Shown: positions 24,466 to 38,127 of the stretch, piece after piece
Numbering within the stretch: position 1 is the first letter of the stretch
Layout of the letters: each line of letters starts with the position of its first letter
Assembly (NCBI RefSeq): GCF_009914755.1
Contig: NC_060927.1
Length of the DNA stretch: 64,000 nucleotides
Direction: 5' to 3' (one strand)
From: the human T2T-CHM13v2.0 reference genome, Homo sapiens
The notes under the pieces: model-generated
The model's input: the letters and a program-made list of their open reading frames with translations, nothing else
Told to the model about the DNA's origin: nothing
Database searches by the model: none
Program-made: the position numbers and the translations under genes

Positions 24466-26779
24466 GAGCGGGGTGCAGAATAACTGCTGGCAAGTGGGGA
24501 AGGCCCAAGAATGCTCAGCAAGACAGCTCAAGATCTGCACTGACTGGGAGGAGGTAGCAAAAGCTGATAACATTCCCTATTTTGTAGTTTGAGCTTTGGC
24601 TTGGTAAGTTCACATCCTGGGTAAAGGTTTTGCTTTGCCAGTTTAGAAACTCACTAATAAAGCAAACTGATTTATTTGATGACTCGAAATAGTCTATTAT
24701 GGGGTAGACATCAAAAAGTGCTATGGACAAGAAGGGAAAAAAAAACAACAACCAAATTCCTTTACCCCATCTTTATACTCTGGAAGTCTCCATTCCACTG
24801 CTTGCCTTTGGTAGCTTCTCTTATGATTCTGTCTCATTTGTATGATTCACAGGTTACTGAAGCTGAAAGAACCTGGAGCAGATCGTCCATTGTTCTGAGT
24901 TATTCTAGCAAATTCTGTTTCTTTGCCCACACAATGAAGGAGCTGACTATATAACTGTTCCCTTAGGGTTTGGAATAATTCCCAGTGCTGCTATTCATGA
25001 AGTCCAGTACAATTACTTTCCCATTTTCTGCTCAGCACCTTGTCCTTCAGTGCTAATGGAATAACAGTGAATTCATAGAATTGTTACACCTACAGACCTT
25101 CTCACTGTAATTAGGAATGGCCGGGGTGAAGAGGAGCATTCACATGAAGTGAACTGCAAAGGGGATTTTAGAGATTAAAAAATTTCTCAGAGATAAGCAA
25201 TTTGATTTTTCAAGAAGGGCTCAAAATTACACCAACTGCTTACTTTCAGTATAACTAGGATGGTATTCTCCAGTAGATTCTGGTCTGTAGAGAAAAAAAG
25301 TCTTCCTGGAAAAAAAATTTAGGCTTTTGATCAATTTGTTTTTATTCAGAAAAGCTGAAGTGGAATTAATTTTAAATGTGGAGAACTGGTCATTGCTTCT
25401 ACTGCTGACAATACTACAATAGGAAAAAATGGAACATTTCCTTCTGAACGGAATTGTAGTGAATTGAGAACTAAAGAGCTTATGGAAAATAGCCTTCAAA
25501 TGATTATTTTTGTTTGCTTAAATGCTTGATTATGATGATTGTAATTTCAGCTATACATAGAGTATAGGGAAAAAAAAGCTAAGCCTGGGCTCCAGTTATT
25601 AAAAAAAAAAACAAAACAAAACCAAAGAACATATCACATTATAAAATCCAAATGCCCATAGGTTTCTTGGGACTGCTAAGTATAAATACGCAGCTCAGGT
25701 TCTACTTGTTCGCATTTTCGGGTCCAAGAGTTCTTTTAGGATCTCTTTAAAAGACTGCCCTTGGCCCTGGATCACTTTAACAACTTAGAAAGGAAACCTG
25801 AATTTTCTTGCTTTGTATACAAAGGCTGGTCCTCTGAATTACAAAAGGAAGACTTTGGGGGGCAAATAATACATCTTCAGCTGGCTCAGGTTCTAGACAT
25901 TGGGCTCATTCTGGTCACTGACCCAGCTGGTTGTAGGTACGATGATTTCATGATTGCTATAGAGAGCAGATGCCTCCTCCTACAGCACCATCTACCAAGC
26001 AGAGCCCTATTGGCAGTGATGTTCCACAAAGACATTTTTCTTCTTTGCTTGGAAAGAGTAGGATCATTACAGAAATGTGGTCACTTTAATTTCTCAGACC
26101 ATGATCAAGATGAATAATATTAATAAAACTTGAGGCCAAGGACATACAGCTAAAAATGGTCAGATAGAAGACTAGAGGACTTCAAATGACACTGGAAGAT
26201 CCAAGGACTATCAAAGCAAGTTAAAGCTCTAATACCCTCTTACCTAAGGCAAAACAGATCCCATTGCCCCCTGCTTCCAGACTGTAAAATGCTCCCTGGT
26301 ATGTCTGGTGCACAGGGAAGCAGTGGCAAGTGAACAGACATGGCTGGTGGTTGACTTAGGGAGCTTGTGAATGACTGAGAGCATCCACTGTCAGACTTTA
26401 AACCCATTTTAGCCTGAGGCAGGACTGAGACCACCTGATGACAGCTGAGCTGTCAGTGGTAGGGATGACAGGAGGCCAAGGGCTCTGTAATTAGCATGGG
26501 TGGGAGGGATGCTTACAGGGCCCTTGTCTACACCAGCTCTGTTGTGGGGCTAAACAGAGGAGCTTAGCATTGGAGGCTCAATTCACTGCCTCCCAAACAA
26601 CAGCAGCCAGTGATTCATCGTGCCAGTAACAAGGCTGCTCCGGTACAGTTTGACTTGGCTTTTTGTTTCATTTAGTTTCAAGAATGTTTCTGAACCATTA
26701 TTTTTTTAAATGTCCCTTTGTCTTTACCCTTCCAGCCCTGAAGCTCTGGCGAAGGCTAAGGACTCTCAGAGATGCAGCA

Positions 26780-27765
26780 AGAGCACTTTATATTTGTCCT
26801 GTCCAAAACGAAGCTCACTGTATCGCTTTCTCCCAGATCTGTTTCTCCCTCTCATGCCCCCTGTCTCATTGAACATGTCATCATCCACTTTCATGCTCAA
26901 GCATGGGTGCTACCTCCAACTCTTTCCTCTCCCTTCTGCACAACAGTCAATCCATCCATCAATAAGTTCTGTCTACTCCACCTGCCAAAGACCTCCCCTA
27001 TCCATCTACCCATCTGTCCATCCATCTATTCATCCATCTACTCCCTTTATCCCACAGCTGCTGCCAGCACCCCTCCCTTAGGTGGCTGCAACCACCTTCT
27101 CACTGGTCTAGGGGCTCTGCTGATGGGGCCAGCTCCCTGCTCCACCTCCCCTCCCATTCATAGCCAGAGAGGTTCTTCTGCAATGCTGACCAGATCATGG
27201 GACTCCCTGCTTACAACACCATCAAAAGCTTCCTGTGGCCCTTAGAAGGAGTGTAAACTCCTTACCCTGAGACATGTCTCCTTCGTAACTGCATGTGTTG
27301 ACTCCTCTCTCTGCTCATCATTTGTACTTGCTACTTCTTCCCCTTAGTGTGGACTTCACCACTGTCCCTAGCTATCTTATCCTCAGTAATTCAGAACTCA
27401 AGGGTCAGATGCTCTGAGAAACCTTCCCTGACCCTCCCTCCTATGGTCTTCTACAGCCTGCACCCAATATAACTCAGGGGGAGGAGGGAAACCATGTAAT
27501 CTATTGTCAAAACTAGGACAGAGTTAAAGGGGGCACCTGTACATACTGTACATAAATAATAGGCATAAAATGGGATGGTCCAAGGCAAACCAGGATGTGT
27601 GGTCACTCCCTAATCATGGCATTTGTCACACCTGCCAGGCCTCCCCTACCTCACTTGGCAGACTGCAAGTTCCTTGATGACAGGGAATGACCAGTTTTTA
27701 ATATAGTTGCTTCCATAGTTTATGTTCAATACATATTTGCTAAATAAGTGAGCACAGGGATGAAT
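26780..27765 (+). mobile_element. L2 (ORF2 3' part to tail), containing a degenerate (CCAT)n tract and interrupted by MER94
   Basis: tgtccaaaacgaagctca; caaccaccttctcactggtct; agactgcaagttccttgatgacaggga...tcaatacatatttgctaaataagtga. Confidence 0.7.
27485..27612 (-). mobile_element. MER94-like (hAT-Blackjack)
   Basis: agggaaaccatgtaatctattgtcaaaactaggaca...aaagggggcac...ggcaaaccaggatgtgtggtcactcccta. Confidence 0.7.
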
Positions 27766-28239
27766 GTGGCTGAAACAACAGGAATCTGGTCACACATTCC
27801 CAGATTTGAGTCTGATGGGAAGCTACGTGTCTGTAAACACTGCCTGCAGGCCTCCATATCTCACAGAGCTAGGCCTTTTCTGTTTTCTCTCTGATACGCT
27901 GTCAGCCATCACACATAGCATAGAAAAAGGATACATCAGATTGCCTTGCTAACACCCCCCAAATTCTGAATTCCAAAGCACATCTGGCTGAAATAAAGCA
28001 GAAGAGTGGGTCCCAAAGTGTGTTCCATGGCAGACAACTACGTTAATAGATGTTAAATGGGTTCTGGGCCAAAATAAGTTATGAAAATTAAGCATCTTTC
28101 ATTATTGCTGAGACCTTTCTAAACACTGTGAAAAAAACACTGTTCCTTAAATTTAGATCCAGCACCTATCCCCTGTATCTCCCAGACTTCATGTACTATG
28201 GAACCTACTTTGAGAATCAGTAAAATCATTTTGCCTGAC

Positions 28240-28355
28240 ACCTCTATGTAGGTGACAGCTTGGAGTCTTTCAAAGGCAGGGCCATGCTTTATCTCTTCCC
28301 AGTGCCTAGCAAAAGGACCTGACACACAGTTGATGCTCAAAAATGTTTGTTGCAT
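28240..28355 (+). mobile_element. L2 3' end
   Basis: ggcagggcca...cccagtgcctagca...gctcaaaaatgtttgttg. Confidence 0.65.
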
Positions 28356-29714
28356 ATGGCCTGGAATGTTGTATGTTTAACTGAGGGCGGAAGTGCTTGG
28401 GATTGGGTGAAGCCACGCAACTCTGCCAGGCCAGCACTGCAGATGGCTTAGGAACAGGGAGGATTCTGACTGCCCAAAATGACATGGAGAATAGGGAAGT
28501 TGATAAAGCTCATCCTTCACATGCCGTCACCCTCCCTTTGAGCAGCACCCTCCTTGTCATCATCCCCTGTTCTGTCCCCACCTTCCCAGTGTCCACTCCC
28601 AGCTGATTTGGCTGTCAGTTTCTGCTCGTCGAAGTGCTAAGCCGATGAGACTTAGCCTCATCCAGCCACATTTCCCTTAGATGGTTCCTGCTGACTAAAA
28701 CCTTTCCGGCCTCAAAGGAGAAGAGCTCAGGTGGTGGAAGGCCGGGAGGCAGGGTTTATTCTGAGTAGGACCTGCCCATGATACCCTCACATCATCTCTC
28801 ACTCTACCCACTTGTGAGGCTGGCCTTAATCATATGCCAAAGCCATGGGTTCTGTCTCTCCACCCGAAGGGGACAGTCAGGGGGCCTCTCAGGTCAGCAC
28901 TCAGAAAGGAGCAGGAAAAGGCTATTGGGCTGGAGACATCAGGAAAGGACAAACCCAACTTAAAATACCTAGTAATGGAGGGGAAAAAGATAACAATCAG
29001 AACTTAAATCCAGCTCCCATGGACCAGGTTTAAAAAGTCTGTCTTGAAAGATTTTTTGCAGCATCACTTTACTTTTAGTTTTTCTGTCTGAGGTGCCATT
29101 CCTTTTTCCAAATTGATTACATGTTACAGAATGACAAAACTCCATAAAGGTACAAGTGGAATTTCCTCCTTTTCCAATGTCCCTTTTCTGTTTTAAAAAG
29201 AGGAGCAAAGTCAGGAAATGCCACAGTGAAATTTTGCAGCTGAGCCAATACGAGTTTTAAATAAGTCCAGCTGGAGGGGCTCTCACCCTACACCTCTGCT
29301 CTAAGCCAGTGGGGATGGGCCCGAGAGGAATCCCCCATATAGCCCTGTGCTCTGAAAAAGAAGAGCCATTCTCTGGGCTTGTCCTGGTCTAACCTGCTAC
29401 TCCAGCTGGATGAGTGGCCATGAGCCAGGAGCTTTAGAACCAGCAGAAGCCTCTCCATTGAGCTTGTGGGATGAGGACACAGAGCCAGAGGCCTTACATT
29501 TGGCATAGAAGCCCCTCGCTGGGTGCTGACATGGTGCTTGGCTACCATGGGACAAATAATGATAATGTGTGTAGCCTCATATTACTTCAGGTCAGGTTTG
29601 ACCTCCAAGCAATTCCAGCTCCAGTCAGATTTGGCATGAAATGAATTATGAAACACTTTTGGTTTTCAGGACTGTTTGGATTTCTGAACTACAGATAACA
29701 GCTTGTGGACTTAC

Positions 29715-29830
29715 ACTACTATTTCCATTGTACAGATGAATAAATTGAGTATCAGAAGAGTTAGGGAATTTGCCTTGGTGCATACAGCTGAGATCTGAAC
29801 CCAAATCGGCCTAGATTCAGAGCCCATGTT
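29715..29830 (-). mobile_element. MIR
   Basis: ccattgtacagatgaataaattgagtatcagaagagttagggaatttgcc. Confidence 0.65.
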
Positions 29831-32364
29831 TTTTTCGCGATGTCCTATATCCTGTTACCTCTTGACCACACTGAGGTCCTCTACTCTCCTGTGTTTGCTG
29901 AGCAGCCCCTGTAGCTGGAGGTTGTCCTAGAGCTATAAAACGAGGTGTGTGGATTAGAGAATCCCTTCCTATGGTAATAGGAAGGTCCCTCATAATGATA
30001 TGAGGTCCCTTCCCAACCTCATTTCCATAATGCTATGCAAACATGTATTATACTCTCTAAGATGGGCTCACAGCTGTGTGGACACCTCGGAAGAGAGATA
30101 TGACCCTTTAAGGATCTCTTGCAAAATGTAGGACCTTGGTGCCTTTTGGACCAAGTGGCATATATGATCCCCGATCCCTCTGCACGTTGATGACACTGTT
30201 CTGGCTGTAGCGTAGGTGGTCTTAACTGAGACACATGCCTGGGGCTGGTTAATGCTGCCGCTGCTGGGGGAAATAAGAAAGACACTAATTACACTAAGGC
30301 TCTTATTTCTCTTTTACTGGGGAGTTGGGGCAGGGCAGTAAGGAGAGAGGGTTGTCCTTTAAATTAGAGCATGTGTAGGTATAAATCTTTCTCCCATCTA
30401 TCTTTATTTTGGAGTGTGTTTAAGGTTACGCATTATATGCATTCCTCTCCCTATATACCTCTATGCTTATATCAATTCATAAATAAAATATACAGCTGCT
30501 CAGCTGAAATGTATCACTTGTCTGCAAGATTCCTCCTGCAGGTTAACATCTCCTGCCAGGGGAGCTGCCCCGGTTTTCAGTGACTTTCAATGACCTACTT
30601 GTATGCATTGGTTCAGGCAGGGCTTAATAAGTGGCCTGGCAGATACGTGCGTCTGCATGTATTCTTCATTCTTTATTTTAGTATTATATGGCTTTCTTCA
30701 GCCAAAAATCAATATTGTGTACATAAAGTTAGCTTTGCAATCATACCTTTTCCTATGAAACCTGATATGAACAGAAATTTTTGGAAATGGCTGGGCAGGA
30801 GAGACTAATTCATACTGTTTATCATTCCATGGCTGTTTTGATATTGTCATAATTGGCATTTTCCCTATAATTGCCCTCAGTATTGCCAGTACTTATAGGA
30901 AAGAGGACTTTCAAAATGAAATACACCTGAGGACTGGGTATTATTGTGGAAGTTCACTTTCTGTTGAATATGATCTGGGATTGAGTTTGGAGACTGAATT
31001 TTAGCATGTTACTGTCAATCACAGCTTATCTGGGTCTTATTTGGCCTGGAATTGGAAATTCTTGAATAACGTGACACTCAAGCATTGGGTAGTCTCAGAG
31101 TCAAAAGCTGGTTTAATCACTATGATCAGATTTTAAAATAAGAATACTACAGTATTTACTAATACTGAAGAATCCCATCTTTTAGCAAAAGTCAATGTTT
31201 TGAATGTCTCTGTAACCCTTGCAGAAAGTATTCATTGTTAAAACCAAGCATTGAATTAGGAACCAGCGTTAAAAAAATAAATCTCATACACATCTATAAA
31301 AACAAATAGAACAAATACAATGAGATAATAAAAAATAAATTCATGTAAAATTTTGTAGAATATACTGAGCCCTAAGTCAAGCACTTGGTGCACTGAGAAT
31401 AATTCTTTTTCTTATAAAGTAAATTACAAAAAGTTGGATAAAAAAATCAATGGACTATTATTTAGGTTCCATTTAATCTAGGTGCTTTAATAATGTCTTT
31501 CTGGCCAAATACAGTATTGATTTTTTATTGTTGTGGGATTCACTTAACCTCAAATAAAACTAAACGAAACTAAACCCAAATCGCCTACTCTTTCTTGCAA
31601 TTGTTGTTTACAGCACGAAAGCACACACTGAATTTAGGCAACTGAGGGAGGAAGGGGGAGCGGTTTAGGAGCCTTGGTTTCTGTCTGCTTTCAACTGACA
31701 GCAACACCTTTAGTAGGGCAAAGCTAAAGTCCTTACAGTGCATTTTCAAATCTTGACAAGGCAAGGCACTCAATACGTATGCAACAAGGCAGCATAGAAA
31801 TCTATTAAAAGAGCCTGCTTCAGACAAAATGAGAAGTTCCAGTTTCTATTTTACATTAACTTGGTGAGGAAATCAACTGGATCCTAAATTAGCTATCCAA
31901 ATAATGCAAGAAAATACATTTATAGACAAAGGAGGGCCTGGAGGGGTAGAGGGTAGGCAGTGGCAACCACTAGGGGTTTGAGCCAGCTCCCTCTGATAGG
32001 CCTTGTGTATGATAACTTCTAATAATTGCCCCTTTTAAATCTTACTTCCACTGAAATTCCCAAGTCAGTGTTGCCATTTTGCAGATGAAAGAACTGAGTG
32101 GTTAAATTACTTGCTTAAGGTCACACAGCTCAGGACTGGGATTCCAACCTTGATGTGTCAACATGCAGGTTCTTTCTACACATAGCCCAGGCAATAAATA
32201 GGATTATGTGTAAAATAACATTATCATGAGGATTAATATTTATAATTTCAATTAATGCTTATGACACAAAATTTTTATCTGCAAAATGAAGAGCCTGATC
32301 AGAAGATCACTGAGGGTCCTAAATGATCTTATTTAATGATTTGGCATTAGTGATTTAGAAAAAG

Positions 32365-32710
32365 CTGATGTTACCTCTGGCATGCCCATGAGCTGAATCT
32401 GGTTTGCAGATTAGTTTTGTTTTTCCTGCCTGATGTTTAAGATTGTTTTGACAAAAAGTTAAAATAAACAGGAGAGTTTATGTAAAAATCTGACTTCCAG
32501 TTTTTCCTGACAGATCAACTGAGACTGCACTCTTAAAAGGTAAGAGTGAGTTCTGAGTAGCAACAATTCACTTTAGATGTCTGCAATTCTCCCCTTTGCC
32601 ATGGTTCCCATTAATCCTTACTACACTCTGTTACTTGTTTCTTTTCTCTTTCTCAAAGTTATTTGCATGACTTCCTTGCCCTGTAGGCATTTTGAGGTGG
32701 CTTTCCTGAT
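32365..32710. mobile_element. MER102-like (hAT-Charlie)
   Basis: aatctggtttgcagattagttttg...ctgagtagc...ctttaga...tttgccatggttccca...ccctgtaggcatttt. Confidence 0.55.
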
Positions 32711-33396
32711 GCAGACAGCAGTAAAAGCTACTAGAAGAGACTTGCATTCAAGAACGTGCCGTTCCAGTAATCAGGTCTATGATCTTGGGCTAGCGCATTA
32801 ACCACTCTGAACCTGATTCCTCTTTTGTTATTAATACATGGGAACAAGAATGGTGTGGAGATGATTAAATAGTCCATGAGGTTATACTCAGTAGATGTTA
32901 ACTGACTCTGAGACATTCTTAGAAAAACATTTCTTAAAGAAAGGTTGCCCCTATCACGAACCCACAGAGGATGTCATTAACTGACAATGAGCCTTCAACC
33001 TCTCATATCCATCCTCATAGCTAACCTTTATCATCACCTACACCCTCTTGTAGGTCATTTCTCCCTTCTTTCCTTCCCTCTCTTTCACTTGGCTGAGTGA
33101 CTTTTAATTGTGCTTTCAGACCATTTCCAATATACCTGTAATTACATGGCAACATCTTTTCATAATACACAGTGGAACAAGTGAGCAGAAGTATGCAAAG
33201 TCTCCTTGCTCTCCCCTTAACAGCCTTTCACACAGCTGCTCATGGCACCCCTCCCTTTCAGAAATGAGGCCCCCATACTTTCTGGTATTGTGGATCTTTC
33301 CTGCTTCCTTTTCTTATCACTCCTGTTTAAAGTGCCTGCAATAGTTAATAATGTGGCATTGCCCATCAGAGCTGGATAACTTTTTTCTTGAATTAA

Positions 33397-35184
33397 TTAT
33401 TTTGGTAAGGATTCTTAACAGGAGGCCTACCCTCTTCACAAATCTTAAGTGCATAATAATAGTATTGTTAACTGTAGACACAATGATGAATGATGAGTAG
33501 ATTTCCTAGATACTATTCATCTTGTGTAACTGAAGCTATGCCAATTAAATAGCAACTTCCCATTTCTCCCTCCCTAGCCTCTGGAAACCACTATTCTCTC
33601 TTTTTCTGTGAGTTTAATTATTTTGGATACCTCATGTAAGTGGAACCATGCAGTATTTGTCCTTTTGTGACTGGCTTATATGACTTAGTGTAATGTCCTC
33701 CAGGTTCATTCTTGTTGCCCCATATGGGAAGATTTTCTTCTTTTTTAAGGCTGAATAATATTGCATTGTATGTATATGCCTCATTTTCTTTATCCATTGA
33801 TCCACTGATGGACACAGCTCAATTTTATGCTTTGGCTATTGTGAATAATGCTGCAATGAACATGGGATGCAAATATCTTTTGGAAATTCTGCTTTCAATT
33901 CTTTTGGGTATATACCCAGAAGTGGGATTGCTAGATCATATGGTAGTTCTGTTTTCCATAGCATCCGCACCATTTTACATTCTCACCAACACTGTACAAG
34001 GGTTACAATTTTTCCACATTCTTACCAACACTGGTTATCTTTCTCTCTTTTTTATAATAGCCATCCTACCTGCTGTGAGGTGATATCTTATTGTGGTTTT
34101 GATATGACTTTCCCTGATTATTAGTGATGTTGAGCATTTTTTTTATATACCTGTTGGTCATCTGTACGTCTTCTTCAGAGAAATATCAAGTCCTTTGCCC
34201 ATTTTTAAATTGGGTGTTTTTTGGCTATTGAGTTGTAGGAGTTCCTTATATATTTTGTATATTTGCCCTTTATCAGATACATAGTTTGCAAATATTTTCT
34301 TCCATTCTACAGGTTGTCTTTTCCCTCTGATTGTTTCCTTTACATGCAGAAGCCTTTGACTGTGATATAGTCCCACTTGCCTATTTTTACTTTTGTTGCT
34401 TTTACTTCTGGTGTCATATCCAAGAAATCACTCTCTAAACAAATGTCATGAAAATATCTCCCTATATTTTTTCCTAGGAGTTTTACAGTTTCAGGTCTGA
34501 ATTTAAATCTTTATTTTGAGTTGATTTTTGTGTGTGTGTGGTGTAGGGATCTGACTTCATTGTTTCACTTGTGGATATAAGCTTTCCCAGTGCTATTCAT
34601 TAAAGAGTGTCTTCTTTCCCCATTGTGGGTTTTGGCACAATTGTCAGAGATTAGTTGACTGTATATACATGGTTTTCTTGTGTGAAAACATATAGGCCAA
34701 CGGAGCAGAAGCTCTCTATTTTGGTCCATTTGTTTGTCTATTTTTATGCCAGCATCATACTGTCTTAATTGCTCTAGCTTTGTAGTATAATTTGAAATCA
34801 GGAAGTGTGATGTCTCCAGTTTTTTTCTTTTTCCTCCAGATAGCTTTGGCTATTCTTGGTCTTTTGTGGTTCCATATGAATTTTGGGATTGCCTTTTCTA
34901 TTTTTGTAAAAAATGCCGTTGGAATTTTACTTTGCTAGTATGGACATATTAGCAATATTAAGTCTTCTAATTCATGAACACAGCATGTGTTTCCATTTGT
35001 GTCTTTTAATTTCTTTCATCAACGTTTTATAGTTTTCAATGTATAAATCTTTCACCTGCTTGTTTAAGTTTATGCCTAAGTATTTTTTGATGCCATTATA
35101 AATGAAATTAATTTTCTTTTTGTCTATTTTGTTGTCGTATAGAAACACAACTGATTTTTATATCCTGTAACTTTATTGAATTCC
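33397..35184 (-). mobile_element. L1MA9/L1MB-like 3' 1.8 kb (ORF2 C-terminus plus 3' UTR, degenerate)
   Basis: The ORF remnant KRQPVEWKKIFANYVSDKGQIYKIYKELLQLN (34158-34376) is L1 ORF2. 3' UTR motif tagtattgttaactgtag...cctcatgtaagtggaaccatgcagtatttgtcc. Possible degenerate TSD ttcttga(a/c)tt at about 33385 and 35185. Confidence 0.88.
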
Positions 35185-36214
35185 TTCTTGACTTTAAGAG
35201 TCAGCCATGATTGTGATGTATGTGCCTGGAAAAAGCAGTGGGAGTAGACCTTGGAATCCTAGTAGTGACAAGTAAATGGTAACCGTTGGGTTGGATGCAG
35301 GTTTGCAAGGAATCTCAGGCCTAACTTAACCTCAAACAAGAGGGAAAAAAATCACCCATGGAGGCCCTTACAGAAAAACTGAGTTGCATTTTGTCAAGGC
35401 AAAGAATGGCTTTTTTATTGCATGAATGAGAAAGGCTAAGACAAGATTTTTACTTTCCCTGTTGAGTTCTACATTAGGTTTAGCCATTTGGAACTAGTGG
35501 AAGGGCTTCCCCCCACGTTGATGTTCAGGTTAGCCACTGTGTATCCATTCCGTGGATGAAGATGGTGATTGGGAATTGGGTGTTTAGAGGTTGTACTGGG
35601 GCACACAGACAGGGAAGGAAGCCCATATAGATCTGCAACCTAGCCCATGTAGAACCTCAACCAGGTGTCCATCTCTGCCTATGACTGAGTGAGCCAGTGA
35701 CCGTTTTGTTCTCCTTGTTGGATCATAGTCCAGAGCCTTGATGCATTTAGTGGCATGAACACAAGCTCTTACTGGGGAGGATGTGGCTCACTAGTACTAT
35801 CTTCATTTCCCAAGTCTGAGGTGTGGCAAATACATTCCCTAGTCTTCTAAAAACCAAAGCTCAAGGCTGCTCAGTAGGGCATTGGCAATGCTAGACCTGC
35901 TGCCTTGGAACAGATGCTGCTGGTTAAGAATAGATTTCTAAGTGTTTCAGGATGCTCAAGTATAGCTGAACTATTTCACTTTTCATGGCTGGTCTATTCT
36001 TATACTTTGAGAGCAGCTTCCACAGTGAAGTGAGAACACAGAACATAACAGCACAGGACCTTTCCCAAAGACAAAGAAGATTATTGAGTTAGGCATCCCT
36101 GGGGCTTTGAGTAGGCAGATCTCTTATGAAAGCTTGCTCTGGGATTTCTGGAATCCAATCATTCTAGATAGTATGTGTCTTAAACTTTTTACCTTTTCTG
36201 CTGGAGGGAAAAGA

Positions 36215-36425
36215 ATGTAGGTGTACAGGCTATGGAACAAATCCTGAGGCCACCATTGAGTTTGTGATCTTATTCAAGTCATTTCATCTTCCTGGGTCTT
36301 AGTTTCCTCACTTCTCAGAGATCATTGTATTAAATGCAGTGATGGGTGAACAAGGTATGTACGCCTGTATTATTGTATGCTCGGTTCCTGGCATACAGTG
36401 GGTGCTCAAGAAATGTCAGTTCTCC
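36215..36425 (+). mobile_element. MIR
   Basis: caagtcatttcatcttcctgggtcttagtttcctca...cctggcatacagtgggtgctcaagaaatg. Confidence 0.7.
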
Positions 36426-36634
36426 TTTCTCTTTCTGATGTTCACATTTTTACTGCCCAAGCAGGAAGTGGGTTGAAAATGTGGAAAGAGCATTTAAAAT
36501 TTTATCTGTTAGCCATCATTTACTTTCTTCTTCCCAGAACATTACAGCTCTTTCCTAAAGGGTAAAAAAAAAGGCCCTAAGAAGATTAAAACCAGCATGT
36601 AAATTTCAGCTTAGTTCAAAGCTAAGCCCCTTAA

Positions 36635-37156
<522 letters not shown>

Positions 37157-37454
37157 CTTAGTGGGAGGAGGCATGCAGGCAGTTGGGACCCCTGGGTTCT
37201 GAGCCTTATCCTGGCTTTAAAGAGCTAGATGACCTCAGGTAGGTCACTTAAACTTTAGAAGACACAGTTTCTCTTTTGTCCAACAATTGGCAAAATGTAT
37301 GATTTGGAAAAAGCATAATTTAGAGCAGAGATCGCTAATCTTTTCTCTATAGTGGGTGGCCATCCCAGACTCTATGTGAGGGCTGAGGGGAACAAATGTC
37401 TTGGCACTTGTAGCCCATTTGGAATGTTTGGCACACAGGTTGAGAAAGTCTGAC

Positions 37455-37690
37455 TGAGTGGTTAAAAGCGTGTGCTTTTAAGTCCTGGAAGCATTAGTGT
37501 AAGTCCTCACTTTGCCTCTCCAGGTGGTATTTTAGCTGTTTCACCTAGGTCTGAGCCTCAGTTTGGTCATCTGTGAAAAGGGACAGAGTATTTGCACCTC
37601 TATCATAGGGTTGTGGTGAATATCAAGAGAGAATGCATGTAGAGCACTTGACATGCATATTAATTCTTATTAGCTGTTTTTATTTCTACT
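37455..37690 (+). mobile_element. MIR
   Basis: agtggttaaaagcgtg...tctgagcctcagtttggtcatctgtgaaa...atagggttgtggtgaa. Confidence 0.75.
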
Positions 37691-37810
37691 TCTAAAATTC
37701 TGTGATTTGCCCTCCTGCACATTCTGCACCTCATTGGAAGAAGCAGATAAACCTCTTCAGTGTTTGGAAATGTATAAACTTTTTTAGGGGGAGTGAGGAG
37801 TGCTTTAAAG

Positions 37811-37978
37811 GAGTGCTTCTCAATGTTTAAAATGCATTCAGATGCCTGGGGATGTTGTTATAATAAAATGCAGATTCTGATTCAGTAGGCCTGGGGTGGG
37901 GCCTGAGATTCTGCATTTCTAAGCAGCTCTCAGGTGATGCCTATGCTCCTGATCCACAGAGCTATGCTATGAGTAAGG
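37811..37978. mobile_element. MER5A1-like
   Basis: aaaatgcagattctgattcagtaggcctggggtggggcctgagattctgcatttctaa...caggtgatgcc. Confidence 0.85.
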
Positions 37979-37990
37979 CTATGCTTTGAG

Positions 37991-38127
37991 CAATGGCTCT
38001 TAAACTCTATTGTACATCAGAATCTTTGGAGGGAACTTTTAAAAGCCCGGAGTCTGATTTGGTACAGGGTGAGGCCTGAGCATCAGGTTTTTTAAAAGTT
38101 TCTCAGCAGCCAAGTTGGAGTACCACT
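37991..38127. mobile_element. MER5B-like, in tandem with the previous element
   Basis: caatggctcttaaact...catcagaatc...ggcctgagcatcagg...gcagccaagttggagtaccact. Confidence 0.7.

Noticed and set aside
25690-26117. 118-aa plus-strand ORF and a short protein-like minus-strand frame (KVIQGQGQSFKEILKELLDPK)
   Set aside because: Non-ATG start, no recognisable family, and no convincing splice-site pair or processed-pseudogene hallmarks.
26710-27245. Longest ORFs (123 and 157 aa)
   Set aside because: They lie in a pyrimidine-rich L2 remnant with (CCAT)n; the open frames reflect base composition.
33618-34376. ORFs with L1 ORF2 similarity
   Set aside because: Fragmented remnants of a dead, 5'-truncated L1.
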